This document shows, one piece after another, positions 29,571-40,960 of a DNA stretch of 64,000 nt (positions within the stretch are counted from its first letter, which is position 1; each line of letters starts with the position of its first letter). The DNA is from an uncultured Planctomycetaceae bacterium (lineage in GTDB: Bacteria; Planctomycetota; Planctomycetia; Isosphaerales; Isosphaeraceae). Location: the NCBI GenBank assembly GCA_963833985.1, contig CAWIAD010000002.1:2944001-3008000 (forward strand), read 5' to 3'. The notes under the pieces were generated by a model. It was not told where the DNA came from, searched no databases, and saw only the letters and a list, made by a program, of their open reading frames with translations. The position numbers and the translations under genes are program-made.

Positions 29571-32369
29571 TCACGCCAGCCGCCGGGGATTGGCGCCCAG
29601 GTTCTCGCGGCGGAGCCGGGTGCCAAAGACGAGCAGGCCGAGAATCAGCGAGGGCAGGGGCGGAATGAGGGCCGCCATGTACCGCACACGGTTCTCGATG
29701 GACCGGGTCTTCTCTTCCGAGACCGCCTTGGCATCGCGAATCTTGATCTGCTTCTCATCCTCGATCTTCGCCTTCTCGACCTCGAGCCGGCGCTGGGCAA
29801 CATCCTGGAGGTTGGCGAGCATGATCTCCTTGGTACGCTCGTCGAGGTCGGTCCGGCTCTTCACCTGGTCGACCTGCTTGTCAAACGCCTTCTGGGCCTG
29901 GTCGAGCTTGTCCTTGGCGGCGTCCTCGGCGGACTTGGTCTGGCGCTGTAGCTCCTCGTTGAAGTTCTTGGTCTGAGCCTCGAGCGTCAGCAGCGTGCGA
30001 TGCTGGGTGCGCTTCTTCCGCAGGGTCACGAACGATTCGTCGCCCGCGAGTACGTCCACGCAGTTCAGCACGAATGTGACGTTGTCGAAATCCAGGTTGC
30101 CAATCTTCTGCCTGCGGAGCTCGAAGAACTGCTCGGAGATGAGGTCCAGATCGGCGATGGCGATGACCTTGATGGTCGCCGGCTTGTCGTCCTTCCTGGG
30201 CTCATCTTTCTTGGCCTGGTCCTTTTTGGCGTCATCCTTGGCGGCGTCCTTGTCCTTGTCTTTGTCGACAGCGGCAGTTCCCGAGAGTCGGGCGGCCAGC
30301 GTGTAGCTGGTGTCGGTGGGAATGTGGCGGCGGCGCGGGTTGATCCCGGACATGCCGAGGAAGCTCTGCTGCACCGCGTCGGACCAGGAAACCGTGCCGC
30401 CGGCGTCGTTGGTGCGAAGCAGGGGGACGAACTCCGGCCCCGACCCGCCGCTCCTGGGACGCAACATGCCCGGGAAGAGCATGACCATTTCCTGCAAGCC
30501 GGAGGAGGCGATCTGCTCGGGATTGAAGGCTCCCTCGGCGCCGCTTCCCTTGCCGACGAAGACGACCTCTGGCTCCAGCATCGCGAGCTGGGGATGGGGG
30601 TTGTAGGGGTTCCAGACGATCTCGGTGGTGGGCCAGTCCAGCCCGATCAGCTCCAGCAAGGGCCGCAGGTTCCCCTTGGGCTCCGGCTGTGCACCGCCGC
30701 CGAACGGTCCTCCGGGGGGCATCTTGGGCATCTCGGGCGCCGTCTGCTGGATCTGCGGATCGACGGGCAGCGGGTCGAGAAACAGCAGCGCCGGTCCGCC
30801 CTTCTTGATGTAGGCGGTCAGGTTGTCGATCTGCGGCTGGGTGAGCGAGGAGGGCTGGGCGACGATGAGGGCGTCAAGCTCGGCGGTGATCGGCGTATCG
30901 GCCGAGACCGAGCTCACCTCGTACTGCTTCTTGAGCTCGGTGACGACCGACCACTCTGGCGTCTGGTTGAAGCTGCGGGCGTCGAAGCCGCCCATCATCT
31001 TGGCGTCGGTGCTGAGGATCCCCACCTTCTTCCGCGCGGCCCGGGACACGACGCGGATTGACCGCGTGAGCTCGTACTCCACCGGCAGGCCGCGATCGAA
31101 GAACGGGATGACCACCTCCTCGAGGCCCGATGTGAAGGCCACCCCGAGGAAGATTTCTGAAACCGTCCGCTTGGCCAGGTCGTCCGACGCCACCCGCTTC
31201 GGCTCGATGGCGAATCGCTTCTCGGCGTCGCGGGCCGCCTCGGAGTAGAGCTCGGTGGGCACCAGGTTGAGCCGGATCTTGCCCCGGCTGCGGGCCGCGT
31301 ACTCGCGCAGCATCGCCAGCAGGTCGGTCTTCGTCTCGATGTACTCTCGCGGCACGTCCGGACTGTAATACGCCTGGATCAGGACCGGCCGGTCCTCGGG
31401 GATCTGCTGGATCAGCTCCAGCGACTCTGGCGAGGGAGTATGCACCTGTTCGCTGCTGAGGTCGCGCCGTGCGCCCAGCCGCTCGATCATCACGCTTACG
31501 CTGAAGAGGGCCACCAGCACCGCCACGAAGCGGACGGCGGAATGGACCCAGAGCCCCCGGCTGGCCTCGCCGCCGGCCCAGTGCCGCCGGCCCAGCAGCA
31601 TCATGTTCAGGTAAAGCAGGGCGGCGGCCAGCGACACGAAGTAGAAGATCCCCGAGAGCGAGACGACGCCGGTGCCGAAATCGCGGAACTGCGCGGGCAC
31701 CGACCAGCTTTCCAGATGCCGGCGCAGGGCGCTGCTGCCGGGCGACCCAAGCGACTCGAGGCCGACCGGCACGGCGCAGAAGAGCACGCCCAGCAGGAAC
31801 GACACGGTCACGTTCGACGACAGCAGCGACGCGACCAGGGCCACGGCAATGAGCATCACGCCCATCAGCCAGTAGCCCAGGTAGGTGGAGAACATCACTC
31901 CCCAGTCAGGCCCGCCCAGGTAGTTCAGCACCAGCAGGTGGCTGAGCGAGAACGCCAGCGCCACGGTGTAGATTCCCAGGGTGGCCAGGTACTTGCCCAG
32001 CACGACGTCCAGATCGTGCGCCGGCAGCGTCAGCAGCAGTTCGTCGGTGCCCTGCCTGCGCTCGTCGGACCAGGCGGTCATGGCGATCGCCGGCACGAAC
32101 AGCAAGAGCACGTAGGGCATGTACTTGTTGAGCTGATCCAGGTTCGCCAGGTTGCTCGAGAAGAACTCGGGCGACCAGAACGCGAGCCAGGCGCTCGCCA
32201 GCACGAACAGTGTGATGAACACATATCCGGCCGGATTACTGAAATAGCTTTGCAGGTTGCGTTTGAAGATGGCCCAGATGACATGCGGTCGGAACGGCAA
32301 GGGTCCGTCGGATCGCGACGCCGGGGGAGCCGGCGCCTTGGTGGTCGGTTTGGTCTCGAGCGTGGTCAC
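29571..32369 (-). CDS. GldF/GldG-like fused ABC permease and periplasmic auxiliary component
   Basis: YFSNPAGYVFI, ERRQGTDELLLTLP, VLGKYLA permease; EYELTRSI, IADLDLISEQF, NVTFVLNCVDVLAGD GldG-like. Confidence 0.85.
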   Translation of the reverse strand: MTTLETKPTTKAPAPPASRSDGPLPFRPHVIWAIFKRNLQSYFSNPAGYVFITLFVLASAWLAFWSPEFFSSNLANLDQLNKYMPYVLLLFVPAIAMTAWSDERRQGTDELLLTLPAHDLDVVLGKYLATLGIYTVALAFSLSHLLVLNYLGGPDWGVMFSTYLGYWLMGVMLIAVALVASLLSSNVTVSFLLGVLFCAVPVGLESLGSPGSSALRRHLESWSVPAQFRDFGTGVVSLSGIFYFVSLAAALLYLNMMLLGRRHWAGGEASRGLWVHSAVRFVAVLVALFSVSVMIERLGARRDLSSEQVHTPSPESLELIQQIPEDRPVLIQAYYSPDVPREYIETKTDLLAMLREYAARSRGKIRLNLVPTELYSEAARDAEKRFAIEPKRVASDDLAKRTVSEIFLGVAFTSGLEEVVIPFFDRGLPVEYELTRSIRVVSRAARKKVGILSTDAKMMGGFDARSFNQTPEWSVVTELKKQYEVSSVSADTPITAELDALIVAQPSSLTQPQIDNLTAYIKKGGPALLFLDPLPVDPQIQQTAPEMPKMPPGGPFGGGAQPEPKGNLRPLLELIGLDWPTTEIVWNPYNPHPQLAMLEPEVVFVGKGSGAEGAFNPEQIASSGLQEMVMLFPGMLRPRSGGSGPEFVPLLRTNDAGGTVSWSDAVQQSFLGMSGINPRRRHIPTDTSYTLAARLSGTAAVDKDKDKDAAKDDAKKDQAKKDEPRKDDKPATIKVIAIADLDLISEQFFELRRQKIGNLDFDNVTFVLNCVDVLAGDESFVTLRKKRTQHRTLLTLEAQTKNFNEELQRQTKSAEDAAKDKLDQAQKAFDKQVDQVKSRTDLDERTKEIMLANLQDVAQRRLEVEKAKIEDEKQIKIRDAKAVSEEKTRSIENRVRYMAALIPPLPSLILGLLVFGTRLRRENLGANPRRLA

Positions 32370-32496
32370 CGGGAGAATCCTCTTTCAGGGTGGCGCGTGC
32401 TGAATGGTACGGTGAGCGGCGTGTTCAGAACCTGCGGGATTTCAGGCCGGGGCAAACAGGCCCCGGAACAACGCCTCTCGACACGTGCCTCGACGC

Positions 32497-32531
32497 CTCG
32501 CCACTCGTTCCTCGATACTCGCAACTCTCAA
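32497..32531. repeat. Intergenic heptamer tandem array CTC(G/T)NNN x5
   Basis: ctcgcca ctcgttc ctcgata ctcgcaa ctctcaa. Confidence 0.55.
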
Positions 32532-32537
32532 GGACAT

Positions 32538-33266
32538 TCAAACAGGCTGTGCCGTCATCGTATAGAACGCCTGCTCCAGGTTGCCGTTCTCGCGTGCCAG
32601 ATCAGCCGGCTTGCCGTCGTAAACGATCTGGCCCTCGTGAATGAAGAGCACCCGGTCGGCCACGGGCTCGACCTCCTGGAGGATGTGGGTCGAGACCAGG
32701 ATCGTCTTCGATTTGCCCAGGTCGCGGATCAGCGCGCGCACGCCGCGAATCTGGTTCGGGTCCAGCCCGCTGGTGGGCTCGTCCATGATCAAGACTTCCG
32801 GATCGTGGAGCAGCGCCTGAGCCATCGACACACGCTGCCGGTATCCCTTGGAGAGCTTGCCGATGGGCTTGTGCTGAACAGATTCCAGTGCGCACTGCGC
32901 GATCACGTCGTCCACGCGGCTGTGCAGTCTTGAACTGCCCAGGCCGCGCGCGCCGCCGAAGAACCGCAGCAGGCCCAGCGGCGTCATGTCCGGATAAAGG
33001 GGTCCGTTCTCCGGCAGGTACCCCAGGTGGTCCGCGGCGCTGATGCGGTCCGCCTGGACGTCGATTCCCGCGATCCGTGCCGTCCCGTGGGTCGGCGCCA
33101 CAAAACCGGTGAGCAGCCGCATCGTCGTCGTCTTGCCCGCCCCGTTGGGACCGAGAAAGGCCACGACCTGCCCCCTGGGTATCGAGAACGACACGTCGCG
33201 AACCGCCAGGAACGATCCAAACTGCTTGCACAGACCTTCGGCTTCAATCATGACGGGCGTGGACAT
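32538..33266 (-). CDS. ABC transporter ATP-binding protein (GldA-like)
   Basis: GPNGAGKTT Walker A, LSKGYRQRV signature, LIMDEPTSGLDP, STHIL. Confidence 0.93.
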   Translation of the reverse strand: MSTPVMIEAEGLCKQFGSFLAVRDVSFSIPRGQVVAFLGPNGAGKTTTMRLLTGFVAPTHGTARIAGIDVQADRISAADHLGYLPENGPLYPDMTPLGLLRFFGGARGLGSSRLHSRVDDVIAQCALESVQHKPIGKLSKGYRQRVSMAQALLHDPEVLIMDEPTSGLDPNQIRGVRALIRDLGKSKTILVSTHILQEVEPVADRVLFIHEGQIVYDGKPADLARENGNLEQAFYTMTAQPV

Positions 33267-33584
33267 GCCGCAATGTTCCTCCCAGGCCTCGGATCAACGT
33301 CGGCCAGAAGATCGAGACGTACGACCGATCACGCAACCAGCCCGGTCAAGCGGGTACCGGGCCCATCGGTCGGTCATCCCGCGGTGCACAGGCGCACATC
33401 GCGCGGGCCTCGCTCCACTTCCCTACTTACGAGGGCTGGCCGAATGGGTTCATTATGCGCACACCGAAATCTGAACGCAACCGTCACGTTGGACATGTTG
33501 GACCTGGTCCCTTTCCCGGCGGCCTGCCCCGGCGTACACTCGATGGGTCGGCCAGCCTTCCATCAAGCAAGAACAGAAGCATCC

Positions 33585-34639
33585 ATGTCCAGCGCACCCG
33601 CCAGGCTTCGAGGCGCCCTGATCGGCTGCGGCTACGTCTCACAGCACCACCTTCAGGGTTGGACCCAGGTTCCCCGGGCCAGCCTGGTGGCGCTCTGCGA
33701 CCTCGACCCGGCGCGCCTCGAGCGCGCGCAGGCGATCATACCGGCAGCAACGTGCTACACTTCGGCGTCCGCGCTCTTCGAGGCAGACCCAGCACTTGAT
33801 TTCGTGGAAATCTGCACCCGGCCGGAGGCGCATCGGCCGCTCGTCGAACTGGCGGCGCGGCATGCAGCGCACGTGCTCTGCCAGAAGCCGGCGGCCGTGG
33901 AGAGGGCTGATCTGGAAGCGATGATCGCGGCCTGCGCGGAGTCCGGCGTGCGCCTCATGTTTCACGAGAACTGGCGCTATCGGCCCTGGTACCGCGCCTT
34001 GCGAGCCGAGATCGCCGCCGGCGCCATCGGCCGGCCGGTGCGGCTGCGGATCGCCCATCGCGACACCCGCGCCTGCGCGCCGGCGGCTACGACGACCAGC
34101 CCTATTTCCGGGAAATGCCCCGGCTCATCCTGCTGGAGATGGGCTGTCACCTGGTTGATACGGCCCGCTTTCTCATCGGCGAGGTCCGCTCGGTTTCGGC
34201 CACCCTGGGAAAGTTCGGGCCGTACACCCGGGGCGAGGACGTCGCGACGTTGTCGCTGGGTTTCGCCGGCGGCTGCCTGGGCCTCCTGGACATGAGCTGG
34301 TGCGCGCCGGCGGACCGGGCGCGTTCCGAGTGGGCGCTCAATGAGACGGTTGTGGAAGGAACGGCCGGCACGCTGCGGCTCCTGACCGACGGCACTCTGG
34401 AGTGGATCAGCCTGGAGGGGCGCAGCGAGCGCAGGCCCGTTGCCTTGCCTCCGGATCCCCAGGTTTACGTGGACGCCTACTTGCGCACGCAGACGCACTT
34501 CATCGACGGCCTGCTGACGGGCGCCCCACACGAAACCAGTGGCGCCGATACCCTGCGCACCATGGACGTGGTGTGGACTGCCTACCGTTCGGCTGACGAG
34601 GGCAGAACGCTGGCGATCGAGCCGGCTGGGCAAACGTAA
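33585..34639 (+). CDS. Gfo/Idh/MocA family oxidoreductase; frameshift near 34072
   Basis: GALIGCGYVS, LCQKP, HENWRYRPW; continues as MPRLILLEMGCHLVD in ORF 34115-34639. Confidence 0.85.
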
Positions 34640-34717
34640 AGGACGATCGCACCGCAAGTTCTTACAAATCTCGGTACCAACAAGCTTGCTTTTCCGTCAT
34701 GGTTGCATCTGCGACCT

Positions 34718-35214
34718 AGTGGTCTGTCACAGCTAAGAATTGGGGTTGGGCGCCCCTTGGCCTATCGGGGCTGATGAGGGGACCACGAAGGTTCTCCAGG
34801 AATAAGAAAGACATCGTGCGGCTGACGGATGAGGAGCGGGTTGAGTTGGCGGTGACAGCCGGTGCAACTATTGAAGGAGACGCGCGTGCCGGTTCCTGCA
34901 ACCCGCCGGCATCCCAGGAGGGTCGACTACGAGTATGAGCGCACCGTGACGGCCGACATCTTCATGTTCGTTGAGCCGCTACATGCCCAAGCACGGCAGT
35001 TGGCTCAACATCGCCGAGAACGAACTGAGTTGTCTGCCCCCCCAGTGCGTCGCCGGTCGTCGCTTCGGCATTGCTCCGACCCTGCGCGGAGGCCACAGCC
35101 TGGTCCACCGATATCAATAGCATCCAACGCGCCTTGGACTGGCAGCTGAAGATCGACGACGCCCGATGCAAGCTGAAGTCGGTGTACCCCAAAATCAAGC
35201 GGTGACAGACCACT
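34718..35214 (+). mobile_element. Internally deleted IS630-family element with 13-bp terminal inverted repeats
   Basis: TIRs agtggtctgtcac (34718-34730) and gtgacagaccact (35202-35214); transposase fragments KKDIVRLTDEER, VQLLKETR..VDYEYER..IFMFVEPL, PKHGSWLNIAENELS, DWQLKIDDARCKLKSVYP. Confidence 0.88.
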
Positions 35215-35383
35215 CGCTTGTGTCAGCCGTCCTGTCCGGGACCGGCGGCGGCGACCCGAATGCCCCCGGCCTTCTTTTCGCAAACCGTAGAGTTTCGCTA
35301 AACGGTTAAATTACCTCAGCCATCCCTCTCTTCCCAGATTTTCATGCTACATTAGAGCAGCACCTGTGAGGAGAGCGACATCC

Positions 35384-35662
35384 ATGAGCGCCTTGACCAC
35401 GCCCGGATTGAGTCTGGCGGGCGATTCGTTTCCCCGCGAGCTGATTGAGCTGAAGGAGAAGATCGCGGCTCAGCCGCCTGCGGTCCGCGCCGAGCTGGAG
35501 CCCCTGGTGGACGACGCCATGGAACACGCCTGGTTCCGAGGTCGCGCCATGGATCTGGCGCGGGACGCCCTGGAGAGCTTCCGATTCGAGATTGCCTTGC
35601 TGGAGTTCGACCTGGAGGCGACACGGAAGGAGCGAGAATGCGCGCGGGCAAGGGATTGCTGA
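35384..35662 (+). CDS. Small coiled-coil hypothetical protein (FDLEATRKER motif)
   Basis: ATG 35384 after GAGGAG; helical protein-like sequence. Confidence 0.6.
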   Translation: MSALTTPGLSLAGDSFPRELIELKEKIAAQPPAVRAELEPLVDDAMEHAWFRGRAMDLARDALESFRFEIALLEFDLEATRKERECARARDC

Positions 35663-35679
35663 GCGACCCGGCCGCGCGC

Positions 35680-36720
35680 TCAGCGCCTGGCCCGGCGCTT
35701 GGGCTGGGCCAGCCAGGCGGTGACCACCCGGCCAACTTCCGCCAGGCTGTCGGCCGAGCAATTCTTGGGCAGGTCATCGGCCTTGTGCCAGTAGGGATAT
35801 TCGAAGTCGATGAGGTCGATCGCGGGGATGCCCGCGTTGTTGAGCGCGAGGTGGTCGTCGAGGACCTCCCGCCCCACCTGGAATCGGAAACCCTTGGCAT
35901 TGAGTTGCCGGGCCACGGCCCAGACGTCGCGAACCAGGTTGCCGGCCAGGTTCAGGCTGTTGGGCTCCTGATTGATTTGCAATTCCTTGCCGCCGATCAT
36001 GTCCAGGACCAGGCCGGCGACGTAGCGGACGCGGCTGTGCCGCGCTTCGACGTCCTCGACGTAGGCGCGGGCGAACTCCTTGGAGCCCAGGAAGTACTCG
36101 CCCTGCGTTTCGGGATGCCGCCCGTAGACCAGTTCTTCTCCGTCCAGGAGGACGAAATCGACACCCCAGGGGGTGTTCAGCTCGCCCAGGTGGTGGGCCA
36201 TCTCCATGAGCAGGGCCACGCCGGAGGCGCAGTCGTTGGCGCCCAGGAAGGGAAGCTGGTGCCGCTGGGGATCCGTCTCCTCGTCCGGGTGGGGGCGGGT
36301 GTCATAATGGGCCGTGATCACCACGCGCTGGGTGCGTTCGGGATGCCAGGAGCCGATCAGGTTGACCATGTTCACGCGCTGGCCGCCCAGCGGGTGCTGG
36401 GTGGAGAATGGCTGTTCGCGAATCGAGGCCCCCATCGCTTTCCAGTGGGCGGCGACCAGCTTGCGCTGCTTGGTATTTGCTTCGGAGCCGGCGATCCGCG
36501 GGCCCAGCTCGCAGATTCTCTCCAGGTAGCTGAAGGCACGCTTGCCGTCGATCGGGGCCGGGCTTGCTGCCATGGCGGAATTCGCCTCCAGGGTGCCGAG
36601 CCAGGAGGAGAATGGCACGATCGCGGCCACGGCGGCCAGGATGGCGAGCGCAATCACCAGGCCGCCCACGAGACGTGCGGCTCTCGAATGTCCCTTGTCT
36701 TTGCTTTCGCCTCTGGGCAT
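35680..36720 (-). CDS. M28 family peptidase / glutaminyl-cyclase-like protein
   Basis: AHYDTRP, GANDCASGVA, LDGEE, LDMIG, DDHL, YWHKADD; N-terminal TM. Confidence 0.9.
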   Translation of the reverse strand: MPRGESKDKGHSRAARLVGGLVIALAILAAVAAIVPFSSWLGTLEANSAMAASPAPIDGKRAFSYLERICELGPRIAGSEANTKQRKLVAAHWKAMGASIREQPFSTQHPLGGQRVNMVNLIGSWHPERTQRVVITAHYDTRPHPDEETDPQRHQLPFLGANDCASGVALLMEMAHHLGELNTPWGVDFVLLDGEELVYGRHPETQGEYFLGSKEFARAYVEDVEARHSRVRYVAGLVLDMIGGKELQINQEPNSLNLAGNLVRDVWAVARQLNAKGFRFQVGREVLDDHLALNNAGIPAIDLIDFEYPYWHKADDLPKNCSADSLAEVGRVVTAWLAQPKRRARR

Positions 36721-36782
36721 CGGATCGGCTCCTTGCTCCTGCCGGACCAGCACAACCACAGGAAACCCCCGTCTTGCCGACG

Positions 36783-37362
36783 TCACCGGGTGAGTTCAGG
36801 ATAGGTGCGAAGCAAGAGGGCCAGCCGCTCCATCGGCAGGCCGACCACGTTGGAGAAGCTCCCCCGGATGACCGTCACGAACGGGTCGTCATCCTGCACG
36901 CCGTAGCCGCCCGATTTCCCCATCCAGAGGTTCGAATCGAGGTAGCGGATCCGCTCAGGATCCCTGAGCGGCCGGAACCGTACGACGCTATGCTCGATCG
37001 CCCCGACCCACTCGTCCCGGCCCGCGCGATAGAGGCACAGGCCGGTGACCACAGTCGTGTCGCGTCCTTCCTGGAGGCTCAATCATGCGGCGGGCGTCGG
37101 CCCGGTCCAGCGGCTTGTTGAGGATCTCCGACCCGACCGCACACACCGTGTCCGCCGCCAGGATCAGTGCGGAAGGTTGCTGATTGCCCACGGCCACGGC
37201 TTTCCGCCAGGCCAGGTCCGCCGCGTAGGCCGCCGGCGACGTACCGGCGGCTGGGTCTGGCTCGCTGATCTCGGAAGGATGAACCTCGAAAGTATAGCCC
37301 GCCTCCGTGAGCAACTGCCGGCGCCGGGGCGAGCTGCTGGCCAGGATGAGCGTCGGCTTCAT
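36783..37362 (-). CDS. maf: Maf nucleoside triphosphate pyrophosphatase; frameshift near 37077
   Basis: ILASSSPRRRQLL, LAADTV, KPLD; second half GKSGGYGVQ...GSFSNVVGLP in ORF 36783-37082. Confidence 0.9.
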
Positions 37363-37507
37363 TGAGTGGTCCAGAGCCGCCGGAGACCTTTTTTTCACGA
37401 GTTTCGTTGCGACCTGGACTGATCGTACGCCACCTCCCTCTTGTCAACAAGCCGGAAACCGAACAACCTGAAGAGGGAGACACTTCGCGCAGCTCAGGGA
37501 GCGCACC

Positions 37508-40500
37508 ATGCGTTGGCATCAACCTTTGCGAGCAAAACGGCCGCTGGCTGTCTTGTTTCCCTGCGCACTGCTGCTCTTATCGGCCTCATGGGTCCGGGGA
37601 AGAGTCCCTACCACTTCCGAGGGGGAGCGCTCCGGGGGGATGCCTCCGCGCGAGTCCCGGGACGCGATCCGCGTTCCACCGGGCTTCAAGGTGGATCTCG
37701 CCGCTTGCGAGCCCCTGGTGCGTGACCCCATCGCCCTGGACTGGGGCGCCGATGGCCGGCTCTGGGTCCTGGAGATGGGCGACTACCCCCTGGGGGCCGA
37801 CGGCAAAGGCAAGCCCGCGGGGCAGGTGCGAGTGCTGGAAGATGTTGATGGCGATGGAGTTTATGACAAGGCTACCACATTCCTGGACGGCCTTGCCTTT
37901 CCCACCGGACTGATGCCCTGGCGGCAGGGACTGCTGGTCGCCGCGGCGCCGGATATCTTCTATGCCGAGGACCGTGACGGCGATGGCAGGGCCGACCATC
38001 GCAGCGTACTCTACACCGGCTTCGTACAGGGGAACCCGCAGCACCGCGTCAACGGGTTCGAGCTCGGACTGGACGGCTGGGTTTACGGTGCCAATGGGGA
38101 TAGCGGAGGAACGATCCGCTCGCTCAAGACGGGAAAGACGGTGAATATCCAGGGTCGGGACTTCCGGTTCCATCCGGATACGGGCGAGTTCGAGGCCGAG
38201 AGCGGGCAGACCCAGTACGGCCGGCATCGTGACGACTGGGGCGACTGGTTCGGGACGAACAACCCGAGCTGGGGCTGGCACTTCGTGCTCAGCGAGTCCG
38301 ATCTGAAGCGCAATCCGTACTATGCCGCTCCCGACCCCCGGCAACCGCTCGAGCCTGACACCAGGCTCTATCCCATGAGCCGCATCCAGCCTCGATTCAA
38401 TGATCCCGGCGCGGCCGGCCATGTCACTTCGGGAAACAGCCCGACGCCATACCGCGATGACCTTTTCGGTCCCGAATTCGCTGCCAGCCTGTTCGTGAGC
38501 GAGCCCGTGCACAACCTGGTGCACCGGATGAAGCTTGAGCCAAACGGGGCAACCTATCGCGGAGTCCGGGCCGCGACCGAGACGAAGAGCGAGTTCCTGG
38601 CCTCGCGCGATAGCTGGTTCCGGCCCACCCAGATGAAGACCGGGCCCGACGGGGCGCTCTGGGTGGCCGATATGTACCGGGCGGTGATCGAGCACCCGGA
38701 GTGGATTCCCGCGCCGGTGCAGAAGCGAATCGACCTCCGCGCCGGCAGCGAGGAGGGGCGGATCTACCGGGTCTATCCGGCAGATCGCTCTCCGCGTCCC
38801 ATCCCTCGGCTTGACAGGCTTGACACTGCCGGGCTGGTGGCGGCACTGGATGCGCCCGGCGGGTGGCAGCGCGACACAGCCCAGCGGCTGCTGCTGCATC
38901 GCAGGGATCCATCGGCCGTCGGGCCCCTGCAAGCGCTGGCCCGCACGACCAGGCGTCCGCAAACGCGGGTGCAGGCGCTCTGGACCCTGGCCGACCTGAA
39001 TGCCCTGGACGAGACGACGGCCATCGCGGTGCTGGCCGATGATCACCCGCTGGTGCGCCGGGCCGCTCTCAAGGCCGGCGAGACGCTGCTGGCAAAAGCA
39101 CCCGCGTTCGCCTCCGCGGCACTCCGGGCCGTTGATGACCCCGATGCCCGTGTGCGGTTCCAGCTTGCGCTCGCGCTGGGGAGCTGGGCCGATCCGCGGC
39201 GCGGCAAGGCGCTGCGCAGCTTGCCCGCCGCGACCCGTTCGACCACTGGATCCGCGCCGCGGTCCTGAGCTCCGCGGCGCCACACGTGACCAGTTTCCTG
39301 GTCGAGCTCTTTCATTCCCCTGCCGAGCCGCCTCCGCTGGGCCTCGTTGAGCCCCTGGTTGTGCTGCTGGGGTCGACGGGCGACAGCGCGGCTGCCTCCG
39401 CACTGATCGACGTGCTGAGCAAGCCGGCGGGGCAGGGGGGCAAGCATGCGGCATGGCAGCTTGCCGCGGCGCGCGGCCTGCTCGAGGGAGCCGGACGCTC
39501 GCAGCACCCGATTGACCTTGCCCGTGAGCCCCGGCTGCACGGTCTGATGCAGGCGGCACGCGAGCTCGCGCGTGACCAGTCCGCCCCGCAGGCCGACCGG
39601 ATCCTCGCCGTGAACCTCCTCCAGCACGACGCCGCGACGGTCGAGGACGATCTCACTCTGCTGGTCGATCTGCTCTCGCCGCAGGTTCCCATCGCGGTGT
39701 CCCGTGCGGCCATCGTGGCACTGGGCCGGCTGGCGATCCCCCAGCTTCCCGATCGCTTGCTGGCGGGCTGGAAGAACCACTCGCCAGCCATCCGCAGCGC
39801 GGTGGTGGACTTGCTTCTCAGCCGCAAGGCGTGGACGAAGTCGCTCCTCAGCGCCATTGATGCGGCCCGGGTTGCGCCCGGGGAGATCAACCCGACCCAG
39901 CGCCTCGAATTGCTCGCCCACCGCGACCCGGAGACGAGAAAGCGTGCCCAGGTCGCCTTCTCGCACGTGGAGCAATCCAGGCAGAAAGTCGTGGAGGCGT
40001 ACCAGCCTGCGCTGTCGATGAGGGGCGACCCGGCCGCAGGGAAGGCGGTCTTCACGCAGGTCTGCGCAGGCTGCCATCGCCTGGGTGAACTGGGCGTCGA
40101 GGTCGGTCCCAATCTCGGCATCCTCACCGACAAGACGCCTGAGCCGCTCCTGATCTCGATACTCGACCCCAACCGTGCGTTCGAATTGCGCTACGCCAAC
40201 TTCACCATCGCCACCAGGGACGGGCGCCTTGTCTCCGGGCTGATCGCCAGCGAAACCGCCAACGCGGTGACGCTGCGCCGCCAGGACGGCAAGGAGGACG
40301 TCGTGCTCCGCACGGACATCGAGGAAATGACTTGCTCCGGCCAGTCGCTCATGCCCGAAGGCCTGGAAAAAGAGCTGAGCTTGCAAGACATGGCGAACCT
40401 GATCGCGTTTCTGGAGGGTGTGGAGCTTCCGCCCAAGGTCTTTCAGGGGAACCATCCGCACGTCGTGAAGCCAGGCTTCGACGGTACGATCCTGCTGCAT

Positions 40501-40935
40501 GCGGCGGATGCGGAAATCCGCGGCGACCGCCTCATCTTCGAGAGCAACCGCGGCGACCTCGGCTACTGGATGGCCGCCAACGATCGAGCCGCCTGGAAAA
40601 TCGAGGTTCCCCGGCCCGGCAAGTACAGCGTCTGGCTGGACTGGGCCTGCGCGTCTGATTCGGCCGGCAACCTGCTGGAGATCGACCTGGGCAAGCAGCG
40701 GATCCTGTTCCGCGTCCCCGCCACCGGAACCTGGGATCATTACTCTCGCAGTGTGATCGGTAGTCTCGAAGCACCGGCGGGAACCAACCGCGTCGAAATC
40801 CGCCCGGCGGCACCGCCCAGGAACTCACTTCTGGAGCTGCGCTGCATCGAGTTGCGGCCCATCAAGTCGACGGCCCGGGTTTCGGCCGTCGTACCCGGCC
40901 GTGCGACAGGCCCTGGCCCTCATGCCCGGCCCTGA
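37508..40935 (+). CDS. PVC-type membrane-bound dehydrogenase/heme-binding CxxCH protein (propeller + HEAT repeats + cytochrome c + C-terminal CBM-like domain); frameshifted at about 39200-39240
   Basis: DPIALDWGADGRLWVLEMGDYP, GPDGALWVADMYRAVIEHPEWIP, GDPAAGKAVF..CAGCH, VGPNL, SLMPEGLE. Confidence 0.88.
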
Positions 40936-40960
40936 GCCCGTGAAGAACTGAGCCTTTTCC

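Noticed and set aside
27900..33266. Gliding motility machinery implied by Gld-like genes
   Set aside because: GldA/F/G-like ABC systems with DUF4340 are widespread outside gliding bacteria; no other gld or spr genes are present here
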